Counted from the first letter of the stretch, positions 26,359 to 37,077 are shown. The stretch: 52,552 nt of DNA from a virus (IMGVR_UViG_3300018080_000030:1-52552); one strand, 5' to 3'. The notes: a model not told the origin generated them from the letters alone. Numbers and translations: made by a program.

Positions 26359-27245
26359 AAGTAGCCATTGTTGCAATAGATGGAAGTTGGACCGCCTCTA
26401 TAGGGTATGAGTATGCGATTAATACTACAGGTGCAGAATGCCAATGCTTTTATCAGCTACCTAATCTTTATGGTCACAATAATCCCCAGGGAGAGTATTT
26501 CACTGACCTGAAAGATGTCCCTCACAAGTATGACTTGTTGATATTCGCAGGTACAAAGCTGTTCCATGAAGCCTACCTAAGATGCCCTGAGCTGCTAAAG
26601 GCTTACAAGGGCTGTATAAAGGTCATTCCAAGTGGCAGGTACTACAGAAAAAACCACGAGATGTTGAATGCCGCATTCAAAGATGTCGGTGTTGAGTTAC
26701 ATGTGATGCCGGATTTATTCCGATATTGTGAAGGGGAGCAGGTCCCGTTCTATCCACCCATGGAACTGGTTCCTACATTCCAGGCACCATATATAACTGT
26801 GTGTCACTCGCCATGTAATGTACAGAAGATGATGACAAAGGGTTCACATATTATCTGCCCTACGGTTATGAAGTTTACAGTAGCATTTGATGTAATACTG
26901 TATACTCCATGGCCACAAGCCATACAGCGTAAAGCTCGGTGCCATATTTTCATAGATCAGATAGTGAGTATACGTGAGTACACTGGCGGCATAGGTAAAT
27001 CTGGTCTTGAAGCTATGTCTTTAGGACTGGCAACTATCTCCAGTGGGGAGCCATACACATCAGACTTGCTGCCTTCTCCACCGGTGCTGTGGGCTGATAA
27101 GGACACCTTGAAATATGCGCTGATTAATCTGTTACAGAAAGCCGATTACAGGAGAAAGGTGATCGAGGAGCAGCGCTCATGGGCCAGAGAGTTTCTCAGC
27201 TATGAGTTTGCTGGAAGACTACTGATGAAGGGGGGTAAGAGATGA
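26355..27245 (+). CDS. GT-B fold glycosyltransferase
   Basis: HSP...KG, HIFIDQ and GKSGLEAMSLG motifs. Confidence 0.78.
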   Translation: MKVAIVAIDGSWTASIGYEYAINTTGAECQCFYQLPNLYGHNNPQGEYFTDLKDVPHKYDLLIFAGTKLFHEAYLRCPELLKAYKGCIKVIPSGRYYRKNHEMLNAAFKDVGVELHVMPDLFRYCEGEQVPFYPPMELVPTFQAPYITVCHSPCNVQKMMTKGSHIICPTVMKFTVAFDVILYTPWPQAIQRKARCHIFIDQIVSIREYTGGIGKSGLEAMSLGLATISSGEPYTSDLLPSPPVLWADKDTLKYALINLLQKADYRRKVIEEQRSWAREFLSYEFAGRLLMKGGKR

Positions 27246-28270
27246 AGAAGAAAGTGTTGATGTTTGCTATGTATGATTGGGCTAACTCAGGGTTCAAAAC
27301 CTCAGAAGCTGTAAATAGATGTTCTGATGACTATGAGGTAGAATATTTTGCTGTGAATCCTCACGTCTTTGGATATGAGAGGGGGAGCAATATAATCCTG
27401 GAGAAGGTTGATAGCAAGGTATATCAAAACAATGAGGTGGTAGCAAGGCTCAGGAAAGTGCTGGAGAAGTGTGATATTATGCACTTCAAAGGTGATGAGG
27501 GAGTGCCAAAGACAGTAGCTGAGATTGAAATCGATAGATTAAATAAGCCCGTGGTATGGACTGTGTGTGGTAGGGTATGGGAAGCTAAGCATTCAGAGCT
27601 ATGGGATGAATATGGTAAGTACACCGATGCATTATTAGCCACTACTCCAGACCACTTACAGCATGGGATTGAAGGGACATGGATGCCGCTTCCTATAGAT
27701 GTAGAGAGGTATAAGCCTATACCACGGGCTGATGACTGTATTGTGATTCAGCATTCCACTACTGCTGAGAGAAAGGGAACTGAGCTGATTAACCAGGTCT
27801 TTACTGGGCTGTACGAAGAATATAGCAAGGTCTTTTGCAGTATTCACAGTAATATTCCTTTCCAGTTAGCCATGCAGCTGAAGAGGATTTCTCACATCTT
27901 CGTAGACCAGATAAACAGGTACAATATATATGCAAATAGCGCTCTGGAGGCGATGGCCATAGGAGCTGCTACAGTTGCAAGTTGTGATTGGGCTGATGGG
28001 ATTACTTATGCTACTGAGAAAACGCTGCACGGTGTCCTAATTGAGTTGATAGAGTCACCGGAGAAGCTGCTTGAGGCCCAAAGGTTAGCAAGGGAGTATG
28101 CAGAGCAGGTTCATAGCTACCATGCAGTGTCTGCAAAGCTATGCAAAGTATATGATAGAGTGTTAAAGCGCGGAACGGTGTCTGATAATTCTAAGGTAAT
28201 TGGTCCTCCAGCCACTGTACGACAAGACACCGTTTCCGCTTATGAGAAGGAGACCAAAGATGACGGTTGA
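27242..28270 (+). CDS. GT-B fold glycosyltransferase
   Basis: PLPID, HS...RKGT, HIFVDQ and YANSALEAMAIG motifs. Confidence 0.82.
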   Translation: MKKKVLMFAMYDWANSGFKTSEAVNRCSDDYEVEYFAVNPHVFGYERGSNIILEKVDSKVYQNNEVVARLRKVLEKCDIMHFKGDEGVPKTVAEIEIDRLNKPVVWTVCGRVWEAKHSELWDEYGKYTDALLATTPDHLQHGIEGTWMPLPIDVERYKPIPRADDCIVIQHSTTAERKGTELINQVFTGLYEEYSKVFCSIHSNIPFQLAMQLKRISHIFVDQINRYNIYANSALEAMAIGAATVASCDWADGITYATEKTLHGVLIELIESPEKLLEAQRLAREYAEQVHSYHAVSAKLCKVYDRVLKRGTVSDNSKVIGPPATVRQDTVSAYEKETKDDG

Positions 28271-28877
28271 TGAGATGTTGGCAAGGTTAGGGTATAGGTT
28301 AGATGATGAAGATGCTGGAAGGTTCACAGAAGCTGTTAAGTTAGGAGCGTTAAATGTTGTGCAGGATGTGGTGGCTGGCACTGTTACCACCTCACTGTTA
28401 AGAGTACTCCATAACACTGTTAATCTCACCTGCTCAAATGATGGCAATGCCTTGCCGGCTGATTACTTTCGGTATGTTGGTGGTGAGCTGTATAAGCTTA
28501 GTCCTGTGAAATGGGTGACTAAGTTGTCGGAGGATAATTTAGGAGTGCTGGATAGCTCACTCACTAAGGGCACTGATAAGGATCCAGTGTGTTATGTATG
28601 GGGTGATAAGATATACCTGAAGATTAACCTTAGCACCTATGGTAAGAATGGCTCAAAGTTGAAGCTGTATTATGTGAAGGAGCCAACAACACTTATATCC
28701 GGTGGTACCTGTGAGATAGCCTCAGTCCTGCACCCATATGTAGTGGACTGGGCTGAGAGTTATCTCAGGAAAACGTATAAGTATGGAAGCCTGGAAGAGG
28801 CGGACAAGATGAACCTGTATGCTGAAGAGCGCATTAAGGTTATTTCAGAGCAATATAAAACAGGAGCTTTGTTATGA
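28260..28877 (+). CDS. Head-tail adaptor-like protein
   Basis: MTVDEML start, ALPADY, LYYVKEP and LHPYVVDWA pattern typical of podovirus adaptors. Confidence 0.65.
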   Translation: MTVDEMLARLGYRLDDEDAGRFTEAVKLGALNVVQDVVAGTVTTSLLRVLHNTVNLTCSNDGNALPADYFRYVGGELYKLSPVKWVTKLSEDNLGVLDSSLTKGTDKDPVCYVWGDKIYLKINLSTYGKNGSKLKLYYVKEPTTLISGGTCEIASVLHPYVVDWAESYLRKTYKYGSLEEADKMNLYAEERIKVISEQYKTGALL

Positions 28878-31690
28878 AAAAGATATTATTTATCATCTTG
28901 GTGTTGGCAGCTGCTGGGGGAGTGCTTGGGCAAACTGACACCGCTACCGACTCACTGTTCAGGATTATAGATGATCTACCGGCGGCACAGTTAAGTGGCA
29001 TGGATGATAACACTATTCCCAACACCGATTACTGGAATGAGCACGCTTATCTATGGCTGGAATACACGATTGCTAAGGTCAAGCAGATGGACTCGCTTAC
29101 CATGGTGTCCAACAACGTGTGGAATGCGTTGTGGTTTGACTCGTTGGCAGCAGCAGTTGATGACTTTGTGGCAAATGCGCCGGATACTGCGATCTTCTAT
29201 ATTCCTGCGGGCGAGTATTTGATTAGTGATAGTTTGAATTTTGAGTTCTGGGGTCCTAATCAAGCAGACTGGGCTATCATAGGCGACCCTGGTGGGACCG
29301 TGATTAAAGCACGCAGTGCAACGAAGATGGACTCTACAAGGAATATGGTTAATATCTGGACGAGCGGGCTGTCAAGTGATGTAGATTCTACGTTTAACAA
29401 CTTCCTGATATATGGTGTCACATTTGACCACAATGGCGGTGGCGGTACTCGGTTCTACTGGGCTAATGTGAATCACGATAGCTGTGGTCACGCATTGCGC
29501 ACATACAGGTATGATGGTGGTTCAAGCGTGTTTCAGGACTTTGGGCCGTTTCATACAGGACAATCTTTTTATCCGCGTCCACAGGCGTCGTTCGACCTGC
29601 CGGAGTCGCACGGGTATATGGTGAGAGTGCTTGGAACGGTGTATCAGATGCATATTATCAACTGTGTATTCAGGAACTCGAACGGCGGCGCTATTTACAA
29701 TCACGGCTACCGTAATGGTGACAACTCAGGTTGGGGTAATGCTATTGAGGGCGGGTCTATCACTAATTGCACGTTTAGGTTTGTGCGAGGTGTTGCTATT
29801 TCCAATTTGCAGAACGGCCCAAGCTCAATCAGTAACAATTACTTTAGATGGGTAGGAGTTGCGTACTACGCGTCCACCGGTGGGTGGTCTTTTGCGAATA
29901 ACCGCGTTGAGGAGTATGATTCATCTGCGGTGATACTTAGCTCCGCAAACTGGATGTCGGTGAATAACAACATCTTCTCTGAAGGCGCTGGTCCGGCGAT
30001 AGTGTGTCATGCTAACTGCTCTGGATCAATACAAGGTAATACATTTATTAATCTTATGGCTGATAACGCACACTTAGGATCGGGATGTTCTGGGGATTCA
30101 CTGGATGCTGCAATACAGTTTATTGGATATTTTACAAATCAGACGACCGGTGCAGGAGTATGGCCGCATGGTATCTCAATTACCAACAACTATTTTCAGA
30201 CTCACTCTGCATCGTATGATGCGCCTGTGCAGTATTTTGTGTATGGGCTGTATAGGAATGTCACTGGCGCAGGCGGTATCTACGAAACACTCACAGGGGG
30301 TGATCCTGCAATGCCGGATAGTTGTGATGGAAATATTATTGCTAATAATATCATTGGTTGGGGAAGGACGTCAAGATCGGAAGCGGTGCTTGGTATAACT
30401 AACTTGCCGTTATCTCGAAATAATGTGCATGACAATTTCTATGTAAGGTCAAGCAAGTATAATCCATATGGGTTGCCAACTGTCTACGGTAATTCGAGGA
30501 AGTCACTGGTTGACCTTGTAGCAAGTGTGGGAGATAGTTGTGAGATAGTATTGCCTGCTGGGGTATATACGATAGCTGAGAGCCTGGTGATTAATAACAA
30601 CGCTGTAACATTGAGAGGGGTAGGCAAGGCAACAGTTATCAGACTCGCTGATCTTAGTTCACCAAGTAGTGTTATCTTCGCACGAGATAAATACAGAATA
30701 ACTATACGTGATTTACGCATACAGGGAAGGAAATACCTCCAACCTGCGGATGCCTCAAATGTTACAAACAACGGGGTTATGCTACATGGCGGGTTTGGAC
30801 ACAGGATTGAAAACGTGTTCTTTCAGGATATTAAGAATGCCGCTGTACGACTTGACTCAGGTGCTGTAACTATGGAACGTGTGGTTGTCGAAAACTGCGA
30901 GATTGACTCATGTGGTTATGGTATTTGGTATAGCTATGGCGCATCTGGCCACATCACCAATAACCATATTCGTGATACTGATAATATAGCAATCACGCTT
31001 AGTGGTGTGAGTGGTACTACCATTACTGGCAACTCTATCGATGAGACCAGTGATGTCGGATGCTACTTGAGTTATTCAAACGCAAACACAATAGCAGGCA
31101 ACAGTTTCGGGAACACTGGTAAAGAGTGTATCAAGTTAGCCGCCTCAAGTAGAGTAGCTATCACAGGCAACAGGCTTGATGGCGCTGGTAGTGCTGCTAA
31201 CAACACATACAGTGCCATTAATCTTGTGCATGATGGAACTGCTGGGTGCAAAGATAACACTATTGTAGCCAATACCTATAATGATGCTGGAGGTGGTAAC
31301 AAAGCTAAATATTTGGTAGAGATTGAGGATAATGCCCTCAACTGTGACAACGTAGTAGGTTTTAATGCGGGGCTTGAAAATGACTTCACTGTAGCGCTTG
31401 ATGGCACTGAGTATTCATATAACTATGTAATAACCACTGATTCTACTGGTAAGAAGTTTGTGTATCATGCACCCGCGTACCACTCATTCAAGATAGACGG
31501 CGCTGAAGCATTAGCGCTCGGTGGTGGATTTTTAGCATTCGGCAGTGGCGTGTTTCCTGTGCTTCAGACCAAAACACCGCCTGCATCCAACTCTACAGGA
31601 ACGGCTGGACAGTTCGCATGGGATGGAAGTTATTTATATATCTGCACAGCCACTGATACATGGGAGCGTGTAGCTGTGGCAGCTTGGTAG
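28874..31690 (+). CDS. Tailspike / pectin-lyase-like protein with two beta-helix domains and a signal peptide
   Basis: Two IPAGxY...G..TVI beta-helix caps, many IxxN repeats, C-terminal GTAGQFAWDGSYLYIC phage fibre motif. Confidence 0.8.
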   Translation: MKKILFIILVLAAAGGVLGQTDTATDSLFRIIDDLPAAQLSGMDDNTIPNTDYWNEHAYLWLEYTIAKVKQMDSLTMVSNNVWNALWFDSLAAAVDDFVANAPDTAIFYIPAGEYLISDSLNFEFWGPNQADWAIIGDPGGTVIKARSATKMDSTRNMVNIWTSGLSSDVDSTFNNFLIYGVTFDHNGGGGTRFYWANVNHDSCGHALRTYRYDGGSSVFQDFGPFHTGQSFYPRPQASFDLPESHGYMVRVLGTVYQMHIINCVFRNSNGGAIYNHGYRNGDNSGWGNAIEGGSITNCTFRFVRGVAISNLQNGPSSISNNYFRWVGVAYYASTGGWSFANNRVEEYDSSAVILSSANWMSVNNNIFSEGAGPAIVCHANCSGSIQGNTFINLMADNAHLGSGCSGDSLDAAIQFIGYFTNQTTGAGVWPHGISITNNYFQTHSASYDAPVQYFVYGLYRNVTGAGGIYETLTGGDPAMPDSCDGNIIANNIIGWGRTSRSEAVLGITNLPLSRNNVHDNFYVRSSKYNPYGLPTVYGNSRKSLVDLVASVGDSCEIVLPAGVYTIAESLVINNNAVTLRGVGKATVIRLADLSSPSSVIFARDKYRITIRDLRIQGRKYLQPADASNVTNNGVMLHGGFGHRIENVFFQDIKNAAVRLDSGAVTMERVVVENCEIDSCGYGIWYSYGASGHITNNHIRDTDNIAITLSGVSGTTITGNSIDETSDVGCYLSYSNANTIAGNSFGNTGKECIKLAASSRVAITGNRLDGAGSAANNTYSAINLVHDGTAGCKDNTIVANTYNDAGGGNKAKYLVEIEDNALNCDNVVGFNAGLENDFTVALDGTEYSYNYVITTDSTGKKFVYHAPAYHSFKIDGAEALALGGGFLAFGSGVFPVLQTKTPPASNSTGTAGQFAWDGSYLYICTATDTWERVAVAAW

Positions 31691-31703
31691 GAGGTGATTC
31701 TGT

Positions 31704-31883
31704 ATGCCTAAAAAGAAACATGCTGAGCTTGCACGAAGAGCGCGTGCGCTGGGGCTTACAGGAGACGCATATAACTCTTATGTGTATGGGACACTGAGCA
31801 CGATAAAGAAACGCAGAAAAGCTAAGCAGAAGAGGACGAGCAGGAAACCTAAAAAGTCCACACGGAAGAGGAGGAGACGATGA
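31704..31883 (+). CDS. Very basic 59-aa protein (not in the ORF track)
   Basis: RBS AGGAGGTG; ends KKRRKAKQKRTSRKPKKSTRKRRRR; ATGA overlap downstream. Confidence 0.75.
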   Translation: MPKKKHAELARRARALGLTGDAYNSYVYGTLSTIKKRRKAKQKRTSRKPKKSTRKRRRR

Positions 31884-32068
31884 CAAGACCAGCACAGCCG
31901 ATGCCTAAAGGCAGAAGAAAGCCTGGAGTGACCTCAAGGCCGGTTGGGAGACAAGTTATAGGAGCTAAAGTATTTCCGGAGGCAGGTGAGGACCCACGCC
32001 AGGGCTGCCATGTGCTGAGGGATGACAGTAAAGTAGAGACGACTTTTGCTAAAAAGGACGATGAATAA
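31880..32068 (+). CDS. Hypothetical protein
   Basis: RBS GAGGAG; overlaps both neighbours. Confidence 0.55.
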   Translation: MTRPAQPMPKGRRKPGVTSRPVGRQVIGAKVFPEAGEDPRQGCHVLRDDSKVETTFAKKDDE

Positions 32069-32952
32069 TGAACTTACGGGAAGCACAAGATCATGTTAAG
32101 GCGCTCCTGACTCATCATGGAGTTGGCCAGACTGACAGGATTTCTGCTGGGCTGATCGACTCTGTACTAAATGCGTCTATGGAGCAGCATTTTGAGTACC
32201 TGAAGTTTGAGAAGGTATACTGGCATTCACTGGTTACACAAGGGCAGGATGAGTATCAGTTACCGGATGGGCTGATTGGTGTTAGTATGATCAAAGTAGC
32301 TGGTGAAAGGTACTATCCCGCAGCATTCCCCTTTGTAGAAGATGCTAAGAGAGTTGCCACCGACCGGACAAGAGTAACCGAGGAGGGCACTGAAGTTAGT
32401 GCAGTTGCCGATAGATGGTACTGGCTGAGGAGATATATGTTGCAGATATATCCAGAGCCGGAGGAGGATACCCCGACCGACACGTCTGGAAGCTGCACAG
32501 TGTCTGGTTCTACGGTGACTGTTACCTCCGGATCACTTGGGACTACAAATAGTTTAAAGAGGATGTTAGCATTAGTAGGTAGCAATTACTTTGTGATACT
32601 CAGCAATGACGGTGATGAGTTCTCCGTTGATGGGACACCGAGTTCTTCAGCAACCACCTACGAGGTCTACAATCCAGGCTTACAGATTTGGGGGACTATG
32701 AGGCCATCAGAGCTGACGGAGGATAGCGATGACCTGCCTGGTAGTTATGTGGATCAGATGGCTGTGGTACTTCAGACTGCCTATATAGTAGCACTGATGC
32801 TACCTAACAAGCAAGGGATTAATATCAATGGGTTAGCTGATACGTATCAGAAGTTCAGGAAGCAGTCAAAGCAGACTGAGATGAATCGAACATTTACACC
32901 AAAAAATGTGCAGCCTTTTACCTTCAGAAGTGATCATGCGGGGTATAAGTAA
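32068..32952 (+). CDS. Second adaptor/tail ring-like protein with an inserted beta domain
   Basis: GQDEYQLPD and LQIYPEP motifs typical of adaptors. Confidence 0.6.
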   Translation: MNLREAQDHVKALLTHHGVGQTDRISAGLIDSVLNASMEQHFEYLKFEKVYWHSLVTQGQDEYQLPDGLIGVSMIKVAGERYYPAAFPFVEDAKRVATDRTRVTEEGTEVSAVADRWYWLRRYMLQIYPEPEEDTPTDTSGSCTVSGSTVTVTSGSLGTTNSLKRMLALVGSNYFVILSNDGDEFSVDGTPSSSATTYEVYNPGLQIWGTMRPSELTEDSDDLPGSYVDQMAVVLQTAYIVALMLPNKQGININGLADTYQKFRKQSKQTEMNRTFTPKNVQPFTFRSDHAGYK

Positions 32953-35393
32953 TGGCTGACTTGATAGTGTCTGTTTTCAGGGGGTGTTATGAAAAGGCTT
33001 CAGAGTTTGATCTGCCGGTGGCTTTTAGTGAGGAATATAAAGACTGGTATCCTACCTATGAAGGTAAGCTGGTGAAGCGCCGTGGGTATGAACCCGAGTG
33101 GCTGGATTCCGACGAAGCCACCACTACAGCAGCTATCACTACTGGGCTGGCTGGTAACATTATCAATATGTTTGAGTTGGTGACTGGGAGATCAGAGACT
33201 ACTGCTCCTAACGAGGCAATAAAGTATTTGTGTCAAACTGATGATGGTCTTGGCAAAATTTACTACTTTGATGAATCTGTGCCGACATGGACAAGGTTGG
33301 ACTGTGGGGCCACAGATACCACGACCACTGCATTGACTGACTTCAGGGACGCTAACAGCGTTGTGCAGAAATGCAGGTTTATGGCAGAGAACGGTGTTGT
33401 AAGGGTGCTGGCTGGGAATAGAAGTGTGAACCAGCCTCTATGGTGGGGGTATTGTGGGGCAAGGTTCCCCAATGCCATTTCAGATAACTCCGGTACTAAA
33501 GCGCCTATTAGTGGAGGATTCCTCAGCACCGCTCAAAGAGCTAAGATTGAATCTCCTGTTATGCCTACAATAATTGATCATACAGGTATCCCAGAGCCGA
33601 CTGGGGTGACGTGGAACAGTGCCTTAGAATTAAAGGCTACTGGTAATTGGCAGTATAGATATTATCGGTACAGGATGGCACTGCAATATGACCATAAACA
33701 ATGGAGTCCTCCAAGCCCTGCCGATGGGGATATGTTGGCAGCCTTGTCAACACTTAATGACAACTACAGGACAAGGACATCATTGTTGGTGGAGATAGAC
33801 TCTTCCATTATAAGTAGGCGAGTTACTGGGTTTGCTATATTCAGGTCAGATGAGTTGACCGGAGCTGCTATGGGCCGGCGAGAGTATGGCACATTCAGAT
33901 TACTGACGTATGCTACGTTCTCCGATAACTGGGGTAAGATTATTAAGTCCTCTGGCATCTCGTTGTCTATAGCTGAAAGGCTTATCTGGCCATATACCAG
34001 TCAGTGGATATTCGCTACTTATACTGATGCAACCAAAACTTTTGCCATAGGCTCCACAGAAGCAGGTGATGATGCATTAGCTGACGATATGCTAAATGGG
34101 GGAATGCTGATAGCATGGCACCCAACCAGTAACACCTTTTACTATTGTTTAATAGCTGATACTGATTTCACGGCTGTTGATGACCAGAGCATAGTTATTG
34201 ATACAGCATTAGGTGAGAACGATGGGGAAACTTTTGTTATCCAAGCTGTGAGTGGTTGGTACGAAGATTCTGGGACATACAAGTACTTATTTCTGGACGA
34301 CGTCCCAAAAGAGGTTATGGATTATTCAGTGACAATGAATGACTTTCTTGGCATATCTCAAGATGACTATACTGTCATGTACCCAAAGTATGGAACTACG
34401 ATACAGGGGCAGGCATTTTATGCCAATGGCTATCATCTGGATGAGCAAAAGGAGCACCTTATCTCGTATGGAATGCTGACGAACTCCGGGCTGTTTGCTA
34501 ACGATACACACCTCACGAGGAATGTTTTTACCTGCGGGGTACCGATAAAAGGTTTGGCATCCATCGCAGATAGGCTTATTGTGTTCGCAGACACTGGCAT
34601 CTTTATAGGCATTATCCCGAATGCTAATGAGGCCAGCTGGGACTTTGAAAAACTGTTTGATCAGTTTGGGTTGATGGCTGAGGAGTCCCTGGTATCGATT
34701 TCCGGAAGACTGCTCTTCTTAGCCTCTGACTGGGATGTCAAGATGTTTGATGGTACTCAGCGTCCTAAGTCTATTGGAGGTGGGATATATGATGTATTGC
34801 GTGATGCAGGTGATGCGTCTATTGATTACTTGAAAAATGCGATAGGCTTTCAGATGCCAAAGCACAACATGTACGTACTGAGGATACAGACGGGGGCGAC
34901 AAGTTATGAGTATTGGGCTTATCCCCTCGATGGGGACGTAGGATGGATCCAAATCAGGTGGGCTGACACCTTCACAGGATTCTTCAGCACCAGTACTGGC
35001 GAGACCTTTGCATTCAAAGCTGACGACTTAATGCGTCTTAATAAAGGGACTGATGATGATGGCACAGCCATCAATCCGGAGTGGAAGTCATTACCACTAT
35101 CGTTGGACAAAAAACTTATCCATCACTTTGAACAGATGGTGGCGGTGTATAAGTCTAATACAGCTATTCAGTGTCAGATTTATTTGGATGGCAGTGTATC
35201 TGCTCATGGTACCGTTTCTCTGGATTCTCAAACTCTGCTGAAAGCGGTATCTAAGAACGTTCCTCTGAGCACAATGGCCAGGACTATTCAACTGAAATTC
35301 AATATACCATTAGCAAACAGGGCAAGTAATACGCAGTGTGAAATAGATGAGGTTATTCTGCCGGTGGAAAAGACGTCTGGAGGTCATGTGTAA
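32952..35393 (+). CDS. Tail nozzle / DNA stabilization protein (P22 gp10 or T7 gp12-like)
   Basis: 813 aa, beta-propeller-like; N-terminal GKLVKRRGY; position after the adaptor. Confidence 0.65.
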   Translation: MADLIVSVFRGCYEKASEFDLPVAFSEEYKDWYPTYEGKLVKRRGYEPEWLDSDEATTTAAITTGLAGNIINMFELVTGRSETTAPNEAIKYLCQTDDGLGKIYYFDESVPTWTRLDCGATDTTTTALTDFRDANSVVQKCRFMAENGVVRVLAGNRSVNQPLWWGYCGARFPNAISDNSGTKAPISGGFLSTAQRAKIESPVMPTIIDHTGIPEPTGVTWNSALELKATGNWQYRYYRYRMALQYDHKQWSPPSPADGDMLAALSTLNDNYRTRTSLLVEIDSSIISRRVTGFAIFRSDELTGAAMGRREYGTFRLLTYATFSDNWGKIIKSSGISLSIAERLIWPYTSQWIFATYTDATKTFAIGSTEAGDDALADDMLNGGMLIAWHPTSNTFYYCLIADTDFTAVDDQSIVIDTALGENDGETFVIQAVSGWYEDSGTYKYLFLDDVPKEVMDYSVTMNDFLGISQDDYTVMYPKYGTTIQGQAFYANGYHLDEQKEHLISYGMLTNSGLFANDTHLTRNVFTCGVPIKGLASIADRLIVFADTGIFIGIIPNANEASWDFEKLFDQFGLMAEESLVSISGRLLFLASDWDVKMFDGTQRPKSIGGGIYDVLRDAGDASIDYLKNAIGFQMPKHNMYVLRIQTGATSYEYWAYPLDGDVGWIQIRWADTFTGFFSTSTGETFAFKADDLMRLNKGTDDDGTAINPEWKSLPLSLDKKLIHHFEQMVAVYKSNTAIQCQIYLDGSVSAHGTVSLDSQTLLKAVSKNVPLSTMARTIQLKFNIPLANRASNTQCEIDEVILPVEKTSGGHV

Positions 35394-36367
35394 TGTCAAG
35401 TTATAAGCCAATGCTGACATTTGAAAAAGAATCTGACGTCAATCCTGAAATGCTGAACTTGTTGGTACAGGAGGTCAGGAAGGTAGGCTCAAGACTAAGC
35501 CCAGCTGCGAGTCCTGGTGGTGGTGTAGTTATAGATAACCTTGGAGGTAGTGGCGGGAGCAGCGGAGGCAGCTCAACCTTCACAATCTCAGAAGATCTTA
35601 ATATGAACAACTATGACATTATCAATGTAACTGAGGTTGATGGAGTTGACGTGTCTGCGATTGCGTTGGATAATATGCCCGCTGCTGCCGCAGGAGATAT
35701 TGATTGCGGTGGTCAGGCTGTCACCAATGTAGGTAACGTGGATGGGGTAGATGTGAGTGCTATAGCCTTAGACAATATGCCGGCAGCATCTACTGGTGCG
35801 ATTGACTGTGATGGCCAATCGATTTCGAATGTTGGAACAGTAGATAGTAGAAACATCAGTACCGATGGCGCAAAGTTAGATAGTATTGAAGCCGGCGCTG
35901 ATGTGACAGATTTCGCTAACGTGCGTATTGCACTTGCTGCGGCTACTGCATATGTTGACTTCAATGGCCAGAATATTCAAGGCGTTGGATCGGTTGATGG
36001 GAGGGATGTGAGTGCTGATGGCTCTAAGCTGGATAATATTGAGGCGAATGCTGACGTTACTGATTTTGCTAATGTCCAGACTGCATTGGCAGCTGCTTCA
36101 GGTGCAGTGACTTTTAATAGCCAAAACCTAAGCAGTATTAATCAGTTATCCACACCGACTGTTGTTACCGGCACACTCACTGAGTACGGTCTTGGCAGTG
36201 GTATTACTATAGCAAGTGATGTTGGATTCCATAACACATCACCAACGTCGCAAGCATCACATATTTCCGACCCTGCTGGAGGAGCTACACAGGATGCTGA
36301 AGCAAGGTCAGCTATTAATAGTATCCTGGTGGTGTTAGAGAATCATGGATTAACTGCTTCATCTTAG
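35393..36367 (+). CDS. Tail fibre or needle protein with internal repeats
   Basis: VDGVDVSAIALDNMPAA twice; DG.KLD.IEA.ADVTDFANV..ALAAA twice. Confidence 0.7.
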   Translation: MSSYKPMLTFEKESDVNPEMLNLLVQEVRKVGSRLSPAASPGGGVVIDNLGGSGGSSGGSSTFTISEDLNMNNYDIINVTEVDGVDVSAIALDNMPAAAAGDIDCGGQAVTNVGNVDGVDVSAIALDNMPAASTGAIDCDGQSISNVGTVDSRNISTDGAKLDSIEAGADVTDFANVRIALAAATAYVDFNGQNIQGVGSVDGRDVSADGSKLDNIEANADVTDFANVQTALAAASGAVTFNSQNLSSINQLSTPTVVTGTLTEYGLGSGITIASDVGFHNTSPTSQASHISDPAGGATQDAEARSAINSILVVLENHGLTASS

Positions 36368-36375
36368 GAGGACAT

Positions 36376-36540
36376 ATGGACGAGTATACTATAGGTAAAG
36401 ATGTAGGGGAGTTACAGGCACTGATGACACAGCACGCACGAAAGATTAACGTTTTAAGCGCGTCTATTGATGCGCTTATATTGAGAGTGGATAGGCTGGA
36501 GGCGCAGAACACTCAGAGTGATAAGGAGCCTGAGAAATGA
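36376..36540 (+). CDS. Small coiled-coil protein, 54 aa (not in the ORF track)
   Basis: RBS AGGAGG; ATGA overlap downstream. Confidence 0.7.
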   Translation: MDEYTIGKDVGELQALMTQHARKINVLSASIDALILRVDRLEAQNTQSDKEPEK

Positions 36541-37067
36541 TTTACAAAACTGCACATAACCAACACATGCCTGGCATCTCCGGTGCCTCTGGTAAATCTG
36601 GTTCAAACTGGCTTAGATCGCTGGGCAATATTGACTGGAAAACAGCAGGTAAAGTTGGTCTGGGTCTTGGTGCTGCCGGAGGACTGCTCGGGTATGCCTC
36701 AAGCGGTATCGACTTTGACCCCACACTTACTGAGGAGTCTGTAAGGGAGGCAATAGATCAGCACAGAAGCATAGGGGGCAGAGCTATCAGTAGGAGATCA
36801 ACGTTTGGCAAAACAGACGCTGCGTCACAATTCTACGCCAGAGGCTTAGGGTCATCCGGAGCTGTTATTGGAGATATAGCAGGGTATGACCAAGCTGCGA
36901 TGGACGAGATAGCTCAACTGGAAGCAGCGTTATCTGAGGAGTTGATGAAAGCTTTGCAGTATATTGATCAAAGGGATTTACAATTAGCGATGGCTGAAGC
37001 TGAACAAGACCAGGGTATCTTCAGCACAATTGGTGAGCTAAGTGCTCTTGGCATGTTCCTGATATAG
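36537..37067 (+). CDS. Putative ejection (internal virion) protein
   Basis: Gly/Ala-rich N-terminal helix, RGLGSSG motif; first of three ORFs of increasing size. Confidence 0.6.
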   Translation: MIYKTAHNQHMPGISGASGKSGSNWLRSLGNIDWKTAGKVGLGLGAAGGLLGYASSGIDFDPTLTEESVREAIDQHRSIGGRAISRRSTFGKTDAASQFYARGLGSSGAVIGDIAGYDQAAMDEIAQLEAALSEELMKALQYIDQRDLQLAMAEAEQDQGIFSTIGELSALGMFLI

Positions 37068-37077
37068 GAGGTACGTG

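Noticed and set aside
35620-36100. Diversity-generating retroelement template/variable repeats in the tail fibre
   Set aside because: The repeats are in-frame protein repeats with synonymous divergence, and no reverse transcriptase is present.
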